Positions 50,842-64,000 are shown, numbered from the stretch's first letter. The stretch is 64,000 nt of DNA from Octopus vulgaris (GCA_951406725.2 OX597826.1:38750001-38814000); one strand, 5' to 3'. Notes: a model not told the origin generated them from the letters alone. Made by a program: numbers and translations.

Positions 50842-51913
50842 TCGGGTTGAGTAAAAAGTAAGCAATGTTTTGAACCATGAAGAATTCATACCATATTTTT
50901 GCAGAGTTTTGAATGTTTTTTTAAAACAGTTTTTTGCAACAGACATAAACTTGGCTAAATGCATCAGTAAATTAACATTGATGTTTTTTCACTGTTGTTA
51001 CAATCATCTGAAATGGAACTGTCAAAGCATGATATTCGAGCAATTTTGCTATACAACTTAAAAAAAGGATGTAAAGTAGCTGAAACTGCTCATGATATCA
51101 ACGAAAAGATTGGTGAGGAGATGACCAGTGAGTGGTTAGCTCAAAAATGGTTTAAACGATTTTGCAGTGAAGACCTGAGCCTTGAATGAAAATCAGAAAA
51201 GGTGCAGATATGCAATTTGCTCTTCTCTGTAACCAGACTGATCCATTTCTTCACCGTATTGTAACTTGCGATGAAAAGTGGATTCTGTACAATAATAAAA
51301 AACGTTCTTCACAGTGGTTGGACCAAAATGAAGCACCAAAAACCTTCCCTAAGCCCAAGCTCTTCAAAAAGATTATGGTGACTCTTTGGTGGTGTACTGC
51401 TGGGCTCATCCACTATAACTTCTTAAAACCTGGAAAAACCATTACTGCAGAATCATATTGCCATGAAATTGCCAAAATGAATGAAAAACTGCTATTCCTC
51501 CATCCCAGACTGGTCAACAGAAGAGGGCCAATCATTCTTCATGACAATGCTTGACCACATGTTTCACTAATGACACTCCAGAAGTTGAGAGAACTTGGCT
51601 ATGAAGTTCTTCCCCACCCAGTTTATTCCCCAGACCTTTCTCCTACCAACTACTACTTTTCCAAGCACCTTGATAGTTTTCTGCAAGAGAAGGAGTCCCA
51701 AAATCAAACTGATGCTGAAAGTGCGTTCAAAGAGTTCATCAATTCCAGAACTCAAGATTTTTATGTTACCAGAATAAACAAACTTGTAATTCATTGGCAA
51801 AAATGTGTTGATTGCAATGGTACTTACTTTGAAGAATAAAATGTTCACATTGCTGACATATACTGTGATGAATTTCATGTTTCAAAACATTGCTTACGTT
51901 TTACTCAGCCTGA
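50842..51913 (+). mobile_element. mariner element with TIRs and TA TSD; transposase pseudogene
   Basis: TIR tcgggttgagtaaaaagtaagcaatgttttgaa / ttcaaaacattgcttacgttttactcagcctga; motifs VTCDEKW, LHDNA*PH, YSPDLSPTNY; WVPHEL region deleted. Confidence 0.92.
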
Positions 51914-54257
51914 TATATCACCACAGAACTTAACTATTCTTTTCTCTTACTAAAACAAGGTGGTTGTGGTGAATAAGTTAGCCTCTAGTATCTTTCTCTC
52001 CTCTACTCTGCTCATACACATTTTGTTATTTACCTTCAGTTATCCTCATCCTTTGATTATGTACACTTCTTTGTGGTATATTTTGTTATGTTTTAATATG
52101 TGTGCACAAGTAATAATAGTAAACAATTTATTTGATATTTATTCATCTTTTCTATTATTTTTAGAGCTTGATTTGATTTTTGTGCTCCTTTAATTTTTAT
52201 ACCCTATATACCGTTTTTGCAGATTTATTACAACTTACATATATATTTGTGTGTGAGTGTACATGTGCAGATGTATGAGTGTGATTGTATGTGGGTATGC
52301 ATGAGTACTTACATATATGTGCATGTGTCTATGCGATTGCTTGTATGTAGTTGAATATGAGTGTGCATTTAAGACTGTTGTGTGTATGTATGCACACCCA
52401 TAAGACTTTGAAACCTATTTGCTTTGAAATGTTGATGTATCAACTCTACAATAATAATGACAGCTTTCTTAATTCAGCAGGTTACAGTACAGAAAAAAAC
52501 CTATTGGTGCACATGTGTTACCTGTATGAGTGAAATGCAAAGTTGATATTTTATCTAACTATCAAGGATTTATATCATTATATATCAGGACTGCATGTTT
52601 TATGAACAAAAACTATTTCTTAGTAGTATTTGGCTCACTTACTAATTTTATAAGAAAAATGCAAAATGTCAATCCATAACATAAATTCCTATTTTTAGAC
52701 TGCTCACAATAAAACCAATAACTAGGTGTTAATTATGTAAGTGTTTCTAGTCTCCAGGTGATCTCATTTTCATTTTTTCCCTTTCTTAATAATACCTTCC
52801 TTAGAAAATACATTAAATAAAAATGTAAAAATATTTCTTCCCCATAAGTAAAACACAACTGAGTTGTAAATAAATAATGCTTGTCATTTTAACTGAGACA
52901 CAGGTAAGTTAACTGGATTTGGTTAATTGCTAGGTATGTTACTTAGAATATTTCAACAGAGCAACAAATGTGGGATGAATGCTCATGTAACCTTGAGAGT
53001 TTCCTGTAAGGGATATATAGACTATCTTTAAGGGTGCATATACCTACATTGAGTCCTGGAACTACTCCACATGTATGGGGAGATGTATCTTGCATCTTGC
53101 ATCTTGTAATATGACATCATACATTGTAATCAATATCTGGGTACTGCATAATTATTTTTATTGATATATCTTTGATGTTATCTTTAATATATATTTAATG
53201 TTATTTTTCATATATATTTGTAATCCAAGACAGTGAGCAACAGGAAGAGCATCCAGCCATAGAAAATCTACCTCAAATTCTCTGTAACCAATATAAGTAT
53301 GGAAAAGTGTGCGTGCGTGTGTGTGAGCATGCATGCGTGTGTGTATATGTGTGCCTTTGTGTGTATGCTTGTCTCCCACCACCACTTGACAAGCGGTGCT
53401 GGTGTGTTTGCATTAAATAAGTACATCATCATTTCAATATCCACTTTTTCATGCTTGCATGGGTCAGGCAGAATTTGCTGAGGCAGATTTTCTATAGACG
53501 GATGCCCTTCCTGTTATCAATCCTTCCGTTTCCCAATGGCAATACATAATTTTCAAGGAAGACTGGAAAAAAATGACATCACTTGTATCATGGTGACACT
53601 CATTTAGAACCATCATGTGTTGTCAAGACAAGGGGACAAACACACACACACACACATGATGACCTGCCTTCAGTTTCTGTCAACCAAATCCAGTCACAAG
53701 GCTTTGGTTACCTCAGGGATATGATAGAAGACACTTGCCCAAGGTGACACAGAGTGGAACTGCATATGAAAGTGCATGGTTGGGAAACATGTTACTTAAC
53801 CTCACAGTCACACACACATGTATGTATTCATTTCTTTTTTAAATTAGCAGAAAGTTACAAAAGTAACTCAAAATACTGAGAGTTTGTAGATGGCAATTTG
53901 CAAGCTAATTTAAAAAGCAAAAAATTGATTTCTTATACAGTGTTAATTACAACTCATTCTGGTATGTTTAATTAAAATTTAATATTGGATAGTTGTCATA
54001 ATTAAATTCTAAATATGTGCTTTAAATAAAGTTTGAGCATGGGAGGAAATGAGATGCAGACTAAAAAGTAAAAACAAAAATAAAACAGACATATGCATCA
54101 CAAATACATGCAACATATATTTCAACACACACACACATACATACATATATACTTATCTTCACATATAACAGCAGGGGTAGTGTCGGTATACTGTTAGCTG
54201 AGGAATGGATGAAGTCAGTGAAGTAATCAGAGTGTGTGATAGCATAATTAAGTTGAG

Positions 54258-54419
54258 AGCGCAGGAGTGGCTGTGTGGTAAGTAGCTTGCTTACCAACCA
54301 CATGGTTCCGGGTTCAATCCCACTGCGTGGCACTTTGGACGAGTGTCTTCTGTTATAGCCTCGGGCCGACCAAAGCCTTGCGAGTGGATTTGGTAGATGG
54401 AAACTGAAAGAAGCCCATC

Positions 54420-54453
<34 letters not shown>

Positions 54454-54668
54454 ATGTTTGTGTGTCTGTGTTTGTCCCCGCAACATTGCTTGAAAACCGA
54501 TGCTGGTGTGTTTACGTCCCCGTAACTTAGCGGTTCGGCAAAAGAGACCGATATAATAAGTACTAGGCTTACAAAGAATAAGTCCTGGGGTCGATTTGCT
54601 CGACTAAAGGTGGTGTTCCAGCATGGCTGCAGTCAAATGACTGAAACAAGTAAAAAGAGTAAAAAGAG
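54258..54668 (+). mobile_element. Full-length family B tRNA-derived SINE with internal (TA)/(TG)
   Basis: A box tggctgtgtgg, B box gggttcaatccc, tail aaacaagtaaaaagagtaaaaagag. Confidence 0.85.
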
Positions 54669-54674
54669 AGTATG

Positions 54675-57017
54675 CCAGAAGAATAGAAGTATAACTTCTA
54701 TGAAACACTCTTGCAGACTACCTCAACAAGGTCTGACAGCAACCCCATTATCATAGCTGGTAACTTCAACTGACAAAGCCAACATGTCAACGACTTCCAG
54801 GACATACATGGGGTATGGCTACAGTTTGAGGACTGAGTGGGGTATAAGGCTTCAGGAGTTCAATGATGCAACTCATGTAACAATTTGCAACAGAAACTTT
54901 AAGAAACCAGCCAGACACCTCATCACCTACCAATCTGTAAAACACACAAGTCAGATAGATTACATTCTCATCAGGAAATGGGACAGATGGGTTATTGTGA
55001 ATACCAGAACCTTTCTTGACAAAGAACACACTAAGCAACATAAGTTAGTAGCTAGTGACTTCAGAGTCAAAGCTAGGCAAACAGAAGTGAAAGATGCTAT
55101 AAAGAAGGTATAGAAACTAAAAGATCCTGCAATCAGAAATAGATTTATAAAAATTCTGACAGATGCATGACTGTAGGGAGGAAGAATTAGATACTTGTAG
55201 CATAGATGACAACAGGGAATTTCTATGAAATAAACAACTTAGGACAATAAATCAGACATATGGCTGGAGCAAAGTCCCAATCAAGCCAAAAGTAGTGTGG
55301 TGGTAGAATAATATTGATAGGATAGTTAAAGCTATAAGCAAGGCTTGGAAAACCTGGAAGTAAGATGGAAGTAGGGAGCTTTACCTAATGACTTAAAGGC
55401 TATCTAGGTGACAGGTGCACTTGGCTAAAGGTGAGGAAGAGATTTGCATGTCTCCTACAACGTGAATATCAGAGGTGTGAAATTTTCAGTGTTATAAGAC
55501 AATGTGTGAGAGAGAACCGAGATGTTATCAGTGAGAAGTACATTAAGAATGATAAAAGCACACTTGCCATTGACATGGAACAAAAGAAACTGACGTAGAA
55601 GAACTACTATTAAAAGCTGCTGAATGTGGAGAATGCACTAAGTAAACAGGGAGACCAGAAATTCAAGTTGATAGCAGTGTAGTAGATAAGGATAGGAAGA
55701 GAGGGAAAGTCACGAGTCCATCAAGGAATAATTTTAGAGATACTTAAAATATCTGGTAATGTAGGATATAAGATTACCACTTTGGATAGTTAATCAAGTC
55801 ATACAGGAAGGTGTCATACCCAATGATTGGAGTAGCAGCAATATCATCATAAACTGTTATAAGGGCAAAGTTGATGCCGTAGAAAGAAGCAACTATAGAG
55901 GAATCAAACTACTAGACCAGGTTAGAAAAGTCATGGAGAGAACTATAGCCTAATTGATCTGTGATAGAGTATATTTAGATGAGATGCAGTTTGGTTTTGT
56001 CCCCAGAAGAAGCACCACAGATGCAATCTTCCTAATGAGGCAAGCACATAAGATATACTGGCTAAAAATAAACTGCTATACCTGGCCTTCATTGATTTGG
56101 AGAAAGCTTTTTACAGAGTACTGCACCCAGCAAAATGGTGGTCATCTACACTGAGAAAATCAGGTGTAAATGAATAGCTTATGAGAGCTGTACAAGCTAT
56201 GTACAAAATTGCAGTGTATAAAATGAGATTTCATGATGGATGTTGTGTGAAGGTAGAAGTTCATGATGGTTCAGCCCTCAGCCCTCCTCAATTCATCATT
56301 GTCCTACAGGCTATCACAAAGAAGTTAAGACCAATGGTCCATGGGAACTCCTACATGCTGATAACCTAGCTCTCATAGCTGAATCTATAGTGGAATAAGA
56401 GAGGAAATTCCAAGCATAGAAATTTAATCTAAAATTGAGAGGTCTTAAGGTAAACCCAGCAAAGATGAAGGTTTTAGTAAGTAGGAAAGACAGGACCCTG
56501 GTACCTTCAGAAAAGACAGGACTCCTGCAACCTACATGACAGTATGTCAGCTTTCTTTCATCCCCTTCTTTACTGTATCACCTCTATTCTGCAGCCTTGT
56601 ACCAAATATCCCTTACTCCTCCCATTCACTTCTGGCACTCCTCCCCTACTTATTCCAACTCATCTTTTACCTTGAAGGACCACTCTGAGATCTCATCATT
56701 AATTTCTAGCTTCATCCTCCCAACCTTCTCATCTAAAATGTGAATAGTCATGCAGCTCCCTTTCAGTAAGCAACTTGCTTTGCTCTAGCCCTTTTTCTCA
56801 TACTTTACTTCCATCTATTTAAGGTTCATAGTCTTACAAGTTTCAAGATGACCTAACTAGTGCTGGTAGCCTGAAAAAAGCACCCACTACACACTGAAAA
56901 AGTGGTTGGTATTATGAATGGTAATCAGCTGTAGAAACCATACCAAAGCAACCACTGAAGCAAGATGCAATCTTTGGACTGATTGGATCCTGTCAAACCA
57001 TCAAACCCATGCCAGCA
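54675..57017 (+). mobile_element. RTE-clade LINE remnant (APE endonuclease + RT + 3' tail)
   Basis: IIAGNFN, SQIDYILIRK, QHKLVASDF; NYRGIKLL, QFGFVPRRSTTDAIF, AFIDLEKAF, GSALSP, LHADNL; tail 56860-57017 matches the (GAT)n repeat family. Confidence 0.85.
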
Positions 57018-57398
57018 AGTAGCTTGCTTACCAACCACATGGTTCCGGGTTCAATCCCACTGCATGGCACCTTAGGCAAGTGTCTTCTACTATAGCCTCG
57101 GGCTGACCAAGGCCTTGTGAGTGGATTTGGTAGACAGAAACTGAAAGAAGCTTGTCGTATATATGTATATATATATATGTATGTGTGTGTGTATGTGTTT
57201 GTGTGTCTGTGTTTGTCCCCCTAGCATTGCTTGACAACCGATGCTGGTGTGTTTACGTCCCCGTCACTTAGTGGTTCGGCAAAGGAGACCGATATAATAT
57301 GTACTGGGCTTACAAATAATAAGTCCCGGGGTCGATTTGCTCGACTAAAGGCGGTGCTCCAGCATGGCTGCAGTCAAATGACTGAAACAAGTAAAAGA
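57018..57398 (+). mobile_element. Family B SINE, 5'-truncated
   Basis: Near-identical to 54280-54655. Confidence 0.85.
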
Positions 57399-57854
57399 TG
57401 TGAATTTCTTTGAAGCATCAAATTTTCCAACCTAGACTACTTTTCTATAAATGTGTAGACAAACTGAGAGTTTTATCTAGCACTTTAATCCAAAATACAA
57501 GAGTATATCCTTTGCTTTAACAAACAACTTAAGAGTACAGTTTTCAATCTTATCATCCGCTATCTTTTGTGGAGCAACTACTACTGCTGATAAATTCTGG
57601 AAGCCTCTCCAATTGACTTTCTTAATATACACTCAGTATCACTAAGTTTCTTTAGAATTAGTGCAAAAGATTTTATCTGACAACATTATTCTTTTAGTAT
57701 TATCATAAAAAAATTATTGATAATTTCTTAAGTTCAAAAAAGAAAGGCAACTTAGTTTAAACATTGGAACTTACTGCATCAATTGGAACCAAATTTAAAT
57801 TATGTATATGGCAGTGTGCTAACACTGTATTTAGAACAACTTCCTTAGACACTA

Positions 57855-58610
57855 CAGTTCTATATTTAAGAGATGAGGAATTATGTACATTATTTACATT
57901 TGACGGATAGTTGTCCTAATCTTGTTTGTTGTTAACATGTTTTGGCTGATATACCCTCCAGCCTTCACCACATGTCTTGGGGAAATTTCAAAGCATAGGA
58001 TGTGTGCAGTGCCCAGTAGTGCAATTTTCTGTATGTTATATGTGTTTGTAAGTCTTGGTGTTTTTGTTATGCATTTGTCTGAATATTTTTTTATCATACC
58101 TAATGCGTCTATTATGATAGGAATTGTTTCTGTTTTTAGATTCCACATTCGAGTCACCTCTATTTCTAGGTTTTTGTATTTTGAAAGTTTCTCCATTTCT
58201 TTTAGAGACACGTATTTTTTTTCTTCATGATCTCTGACAACTATATCTGGCATGTTGGCCTTAATTTCTCTATCTGTGTGTATCCCAGAGTATGGTTGCT
58301 TTCTTGTTTTCTGTGACCTTGTCTGGTGTGTGCTTATACTATTTTTTTTCTGTTGTTATTTCATAATGTTGGCACAGCTTCCAGTGGATGTAGGTCCCAA
58401 CTCAGTTGTGTCTGTGAATATATTCCTTCTTAGCCAAGACTGGGCAGCCAGAGATAATATGATTTATTGTTTCTTGTCCATCTCCACATATTCTGCAGTT
58501 ACTTGTTATGTTTCTTTTCATCATATGTTTTTGGTAATGATTAAATATAGGTACTACACCAGTGGATTCATTGGATACAAGTATCCCTTAGACAGTTGTT
58601 ATAACCTCTA
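57855..58610 (-). mobile_element. R4/Dong-like RLE non-LTR retrotransposon 3' remnant fused to the 5360-type tail
   Basis: CRICGDGQETINHIISGC...YIHRHN (CCHC knuckle); PDIVV..EKLSKY..IPIII.ALG..IQKIALLGTAHIL; 57855-57990 matches 5360-5495. Confidence 0.85.
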
Positions 58611-58775
58611 ACTTAACTCACCTATGTGTGTGTGTGTCTTTATGTCTATATCTCCCATCACTGCCTGACAACTGGTGTTGGTGTGTTTGCATCACTGTAA
58701 CTTAGCAATTCAGCTAGAGATTGATGGAATAACTACCAGAGTTTTAAAAAAAATGTACTTATTATTTATTTATCA

Positions 58776-58851
58776 TTTGTCGCTTTGAGACCGCGACCTG
58801 TTCACTGAAAAAGGTTTGTCAGTGAACAGGTCGCGGTCTCAAAGCGACAAA
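58776..58851. repeat. Perfect 33-bp inverted repeat, 10-nt spacer
   Basis: tttgtcgctttgagaccgcgacctgttcactga / tcagtgaacaggtcgcggtctcaaagcgacaaa. Confidence 0.95.
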
Positions 58852-58964
58852 AATACTTTGTCAAATTAAATATATATGTTGAAGTGAATCTAATGGTTTT
58901 GTGTGTTTCTTAAATGGCTTATAAACACCTTCCAAGCTGCAATTGTATATATATATAATATGTA

Positions 58965-59315
58965 TCTTTTGTTTCAGTCATTAGACTGTGACCATGCTGG
59001 AGCACCACCTTCAAGAATTTTAGTTGAATGAATCAACCTCAGTACTTTTTTTTAAGCCTGGTACTTATTCTATCAGTCACTTTAGCCAAACTGCTAAGTT
59101 ACAAGGACGCAAACTCCCTAGTACCAGTTATCAAATGGGGATGGGGGCAAACATAGACACAAACACACACATATATATGACTGATTTCTTTCAGTTTCCA
59201 TCTACCAAATCCACTCGCAAAGCTTTGGTTAGTCCAAGACTATAGTAGAAGACACTTGCCCATGGTGCCACACAGTGGGACTGAACCAAGAGCCATGTGG
59301 TTGGGAAACAAGCTT
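58965..59315 (-). mobile_element. Family B SINE, degenerate
   Basis: Reverse complement of the 54258 family. Confidence 0.7.
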
Positions 59316-60230
59316 ATATATTGTGACGGTCTTTAGTAGACAAAAAAGTGACAAAATGTAGACAAAAAGTGACAGAGAACTGTCTCATGGTTTATAAATA
59401 ATGGGTTGAATGAGACAAGTGTTGTTTTGAGCCATAGTGTGTAGGTAGTTGGTTTGAATCAAGTGTATGCAGCAGCTCAGTGTGTATTTGGTGCTACTAG
59501 TATTGTTGTCAAGTAGCCATAACTGACCTATCACCATCATCACTGTCACTGCCACCAGCAGTCAGTTCTACTTTAGCAGGTGTTTGTTTATATGTAGTTG
59601 ACTGAACTAGATAAAAACATGACAAGACATTATCAAAGAATATCAACAACAGTAAAGATATGCAAATTGATGATGAACTATGAATCCAAACACAGAAACA
59701 AAGGTCCAAAGTACGTTCACAGTGAATATTGTTAGTTCGGTGCTCGAAGAAAGGAAGAACAGGAAATATGATGTTTGGGGCATAGTCAGACATTCATAGG
59801 AGAGTCTGAAAATTAGGAATTGAAGAAGAAAAAGATAGGAATGTACAGTGAAAAAACAAAAACAAACGTACCTATTATCAAACTCTCACATGGCCCTTCC
59901 ACATCCTCCTGACCAATACTTTGGAATACATAATTTTCAGATCACCCTTAAAATTGGATTACTACCCTGGATCATATTACACAGCTGAATTTACTCTCAG
60001 AGTGCACTGACTCTTCACCCTTGATTGTGAACAATACAGATACGTCTGACATACTAGTTTCTAGCAAACACTTTGATTTCTCCATGCAGATCGGTGAAGT
60101 TCAAAGTATACAGTAATAAAACATTCAGCTGCCACTCCACACCTATTTTCAAGACAGTAGTGATTGTTGTTACTTTTGTAAAACCCAGAAAGGGCCAGTG
60201 CCATGGTCTTCGCAGGCCGTTAAGATAGAC

Positions 60231-60449
60231 CAGTGCTTTTCAAACTTTTTGCTGGAGCGGAACCCCAAGGAAACATTCCACTGGCTCGAGGAACCCCTGT
60301 GCAATAATTTAATAGTCTTATGCACACATATCTGCACAGGAGAATTAAAAATTACTGCCGATTTTAGCAGTTTTGTAACTTCTTGCGGAACCCCTGGACT
60401 GTACTGGCAGAACCCTAAGGTTCCGCGGAACCCTGGTTGAAAACCACTG
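60231..60449. mobile_element. hAT (Charlie/Buster-like) MITE
   Basis: TIR cagtgcttttcaa / ttgaaaaccactg; perfect TSD agatagac. Confidence 0.9.
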
Positions 60450-60499
60450 AGATAGACTATTGAGATTGATGCTATCAACAACCTGTTTAAACTGTTGCA

Positions 60500-60780
60500 A
60501 GTAAACCACTGCAAGAAATACATGCTGAGGGGAAATTGTAGAGGACCTACGTTCTTGGAAGAATGGACTAGATGTAGTGGTTAGTGCAAGGCCTGAGTGA
60601 GAGTCAGGTTGAGACACTAAGGGTAATGAAAGAAGAGATGAATGAATCAATAAGTATCTGAGATGCTTTAGCTGAGGTCCTACCAGCTCTGGAGAGTGAA
60701 GGCCATAGCAAAAGTGGTAGAAAAGGCAGAGAAAGAGGGATAACAGCACGTTTGTAGGCGAGAGTGTCTTTTCTGCCAAA
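60500..60780 (-). mobile_element. Possible CR1/Jockey-like LINE 3' remnant
   Basis: LSLFLCLFYHFCYGLHSPEL resembles the SL.LFY.YY.G.CS.EL motif. Confidence 0.35.
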
Positions 60781-60951
60781 CTAGCCTTCGTTTTTAAGTG
60801 TTTTAATCCTTACATCGAGCGAATCTAAGGAATTCCACCTAACTCCTAGGTGACACTGATGTTAGATGCAACATAAGGGTTGCATGTGTGTATGTGTGTT
60901 TCTGGAAGGAAGGAAGGAAGGAATATAAAAGTGAGAGGTAAGGGTCTAGAT

Positions 60952-61209
60952 CAATGGTTCTCAACCATCTTTTGCCTATGGACTCCTTTGATTCCTATTT
61001 TACTCATGTGAATCCTCATAGCCACTTGATGTTTTTGCAAATCCTATTATATTTTTTTTAACCAAATATTTTCAGGAATTGTATAAAAAGTTAAAATATT
61101 TTATGTATTGTAGACATATAGGCCTAACTAATTTATTGCATGTAGACTTTAAGAACAAAATCTGGTATGGACCCCAAAGGGTTATATGGACTCCAGTTGA
61201 GAACCACTA
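60952..61209. mobile_element. hAT MITE
   Basis: TIR caatggttctcaac / gttgagaaccacta; TSD gtctagat. Confidence 0.85.
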
Positions 61210-61689
61210 GTCTAGATGTACAGTCCATATTTTTTTCCAAACGTCACTGCAAGGGGATTTTCTATATGGGACGTTTTGCTTCATAATACTGTGAAAAACA
61301 GAGTGGTCACAGAAAGGAGCATTTATGTAATAATTTGACCTGCTAAGAATAACAGTCAAATCTACTTCAAACTATACCCTACTTGCATAAGAAGGAAACA
61401 CTTGCATAGGGTAGTCCTTGAAATAATAATAATGATGATGATTTCTTTATTGGCCACAAAGGATTTACATTAAGAAAAAAACATTATGAACAGTAAAGAA
61501 CAAAACAAAGAATGTGTGTGTATGTATGTGAGTGAGTGCTGTGAGGGGTTTGCGTGTAAACAAGATTAACATAATGGGAAAAAAAAAACAATTATCAATA
61601 TATAATCCTCAATAAAGAGGAGGCGTTTGAGGGCTGCGAACAGGAAAAAACCCATAAAACCTTGAGTTCCTTGGCTTCTGGGGCAGAAT

Positions 61690-62512
61690 AATCCTTTCTA
61701 CTATAGGCACAAGGCTTGAAATTTTGTGGGAGGGGTTAAGTCGTTTTAATTTACTCCAGTGTTTTACTCGTACTTAATTCATAGACCATGAAAAGATGAA
61801 AGGCAAAGTCAACAGCGGCGGAATTTGAACCCAGAACGTAAAGCTGGAGGAAATACTGCTAAACAATCTGCCCAAAGTTGTAACGATTCTATCAGCTCAC
61901 CAATTAATAATGATTTTAAATTTTGCCACAAGGGCAGCCATTTTTGCGGGAGGGGGGAATCAGTCGATTACATCGACCCTGACCCTGAAAGGGTGAAAGG
62001 CAAAGTAGACCTCGGGAGAATTTGAACTTAGAACGTAGCGACGAGCGAAATACCTATTTCTTTACTACCCACAAGGGGCTAAACACAGAGGAGACAAACA
62101 AAGACAGACAGACGGATTAAGTCGATTATATCTACCCCAGTGCGTAACTGGTACTTAAGTTATCGACCCCGAAAAGATGAAAGGCAAAGTCGACCTCGGC
62201 GGAATTTGAACTCAGAACGTAACGACAGACGAAATACGGCTACGCATTTCGCCCGGCGTGCTGACGTTTCTGCCAGCTCGCCGCCTAGTTCAACAATTAA
62301 TAATAATAATCCTTTCTACTAATAGCACAAGGCCTGAAATTCGTGGGGAGGGCTTATTGACCCCAGTATTGAACTGGTACTTAATCTATTGATTCAGAAA
62401 GGATGAAAGGCAAAGTCGACCTCGGTGGAATTTGAACTCAGAACGTAGCGACGGGCAAAATACCACTGAGTATTTCGTCCAGTGTGCTGATGATTCTACT
62501 AGCTGGCCGCCT
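61690..62512 (-). repeat. Head-to-tail cluster of four family A SINE units
   Basis: aaaggcaaagt(c/a)(g/a)ac core at ~61800, 62000, 62180 and 62410. Confidence 0.8.
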
Positions 62513-63498
62513 TGTCAAGGCTAGAATGCTTTTCTAGCATAGTTGACCTGGTGCTACATAGGTGAAATAACTGTCATCTTCAAGCTCACTTTATAAACTT
62601 TTTTTGTTTTATTTTGTATCTGTATTTCGTTAAATTACAAAACGTGACAGCAGCGACCCAGATGAATGGGTGCCCTACGACTTTGTTTCCGCAAGACTTT
62701 CTATAAAATGGATATTTTCAATGAAATTTTCCAGAGATAAATTCGAGAGTGTAGAGTACAATTATGTTGATAACAAGAAAAAAGATTTTTTTGAAGGTTC
62801 GTTTTCTTCTACCTCTCAGTTTTGTTTCCGCGTAACACTCTAAAATGCATTATTCTAAATTGACATTTTGCAAGAATACATTTGCGAAGAGTGTACATTA
62901 CGTAATGTCGATTCCCCAAAACATGACCAAAGTTACGGAAACTGTGACAACAAAGTCGGGGCGGGAAGGAGGGTGGAAGTCCGAGCCGAAACTATCCCAC
63001 TAAACATTTTTTTGTTTCTAAGTTTTTATCAATCTGCAATCCCGAAAAACATCCTGCTGTAAAATGTCATTTAATATGCATTCTTCAGCAAGTTATGAGG
63101 AAACAAAATTGGGGTGAGGATACCAATCTGTAGTTACCATACAGCAGGGTCTCAACAACCAAACTACGACGAACTAAAAAGGATTCCTTTACTAGAAATA
63201 GCAGCCAAATCTTTCTTCAAATTATATTTGATCGAATGTTGTATAGTAAAGAAAGGGCACAAAACTTAGTAGGGTATTCAGCTGTTTTACAAATAATCAC
63301 GACTGGAATACTTTTGATCATAAGTCACCAGCACGATCTAGGATGACCTATGTCTAAATAACAATAACAAAACGCGGTGGTCAAAGAGGAGTCGGCAGCA
63401 TGGTTAACAATTATCACCATTCGTCTCAGACACCACCTCTTTCTCACAACACTTCCTCATACATACAGCTATGAGCAACTATAATTATTTCAACTTAC

Positions 63499-63951
63499 CT
63501 GACAATGACAACAGCCACATCAACAAGTTTGGTAAAGAATCCTCATTTCATTTTTAAAAAGAATGTTTTCATGAATAGTTATTATTTATCATCTTCATTT
63601 ATTATTATTATTATTATTATAGTAATATCCACAAATATTTCACTGTGTTGTATAGAATGTACCGGCTGGATAACAGAAACATCGTAAGTATATACATACA
63701 CACTATACACACTTGTATGTGTGTATGTATGTATATATGCGTGTCAGATCAAAGATTTAGAAACACACACACATACATACATGCATACATATATATATAT
63801 ATGTATGTGTATGTATGTATACACGTGGTGGGTGAGTATAATTTCCGTGAAATAACTTTAGGATAGGCAGTAGGTATAATACGTAGACCAATACTTGGCT
63901 TGTGAGTTTAATAGTAAACTTAGTAGTGGCGGTAGTGTTGTTCTTAGACAC
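63499..63951 (-). other. Candidate non-coding (5' UTR) exon
   Basis: Minus acceptor tttctgtag|63951 and strong donor CAG|GTAAGT at 63499/63498. Confidence 0.3.
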
Positions 63952-64000
63952 CTACAGAAACGTTGGGGTATGTGTGTAAGTGTTTAAAAAAAAAAGGCAC

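Noticed and set aside
59322-59651. Solo LTR (TG...CA)
   Set aside because: No matching TSD and no clear second copy.
61690-62512. CRISPR-like repeat array
   Set aside because: Eukaryotic SINE units of 150-250 bp; no repeat-spacer regularity and no cas genes.

Overview
AT-rich, repeat-saturated animal genomic DNA. The SINE families and microsatellite load look like an octopus/cephalopod genome; this is an inference from recall, not a search. The only credible host coding sequence is one large minus-strand exon (19187-20768; ATG 20581, 465 codons, ending on a GTAAGA donor), so most of the window is probably intron. The rest is decayed mobile DNA: Penelope-like elements (RT + GIY-YIG), three Ty3/gypsy remnants, five mariner remnants, PIF1/Helitron remnants and a clean non-autonomous Helitron, an RTE LINE, CR1 3' ends, R4/Dong- and CRE-type RLE remnants, an AcademX-like foldback, hAT MITEs with 8-bp TSDs and several tRNA-derived SINE families. 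The most notable unannotated signal is a dense set of about a dozen minimal hammerhead-ribozyme motifs (CUGA(U/A)GA...GAAA...NUH) in at least three sequence families. Several sit in inverted repeats, and one is carried by a tRNA-headed SINE-like element. Most short ORFs in the track are microsatellite or repeat artefacts. All family calls come from motif recognition by eye.
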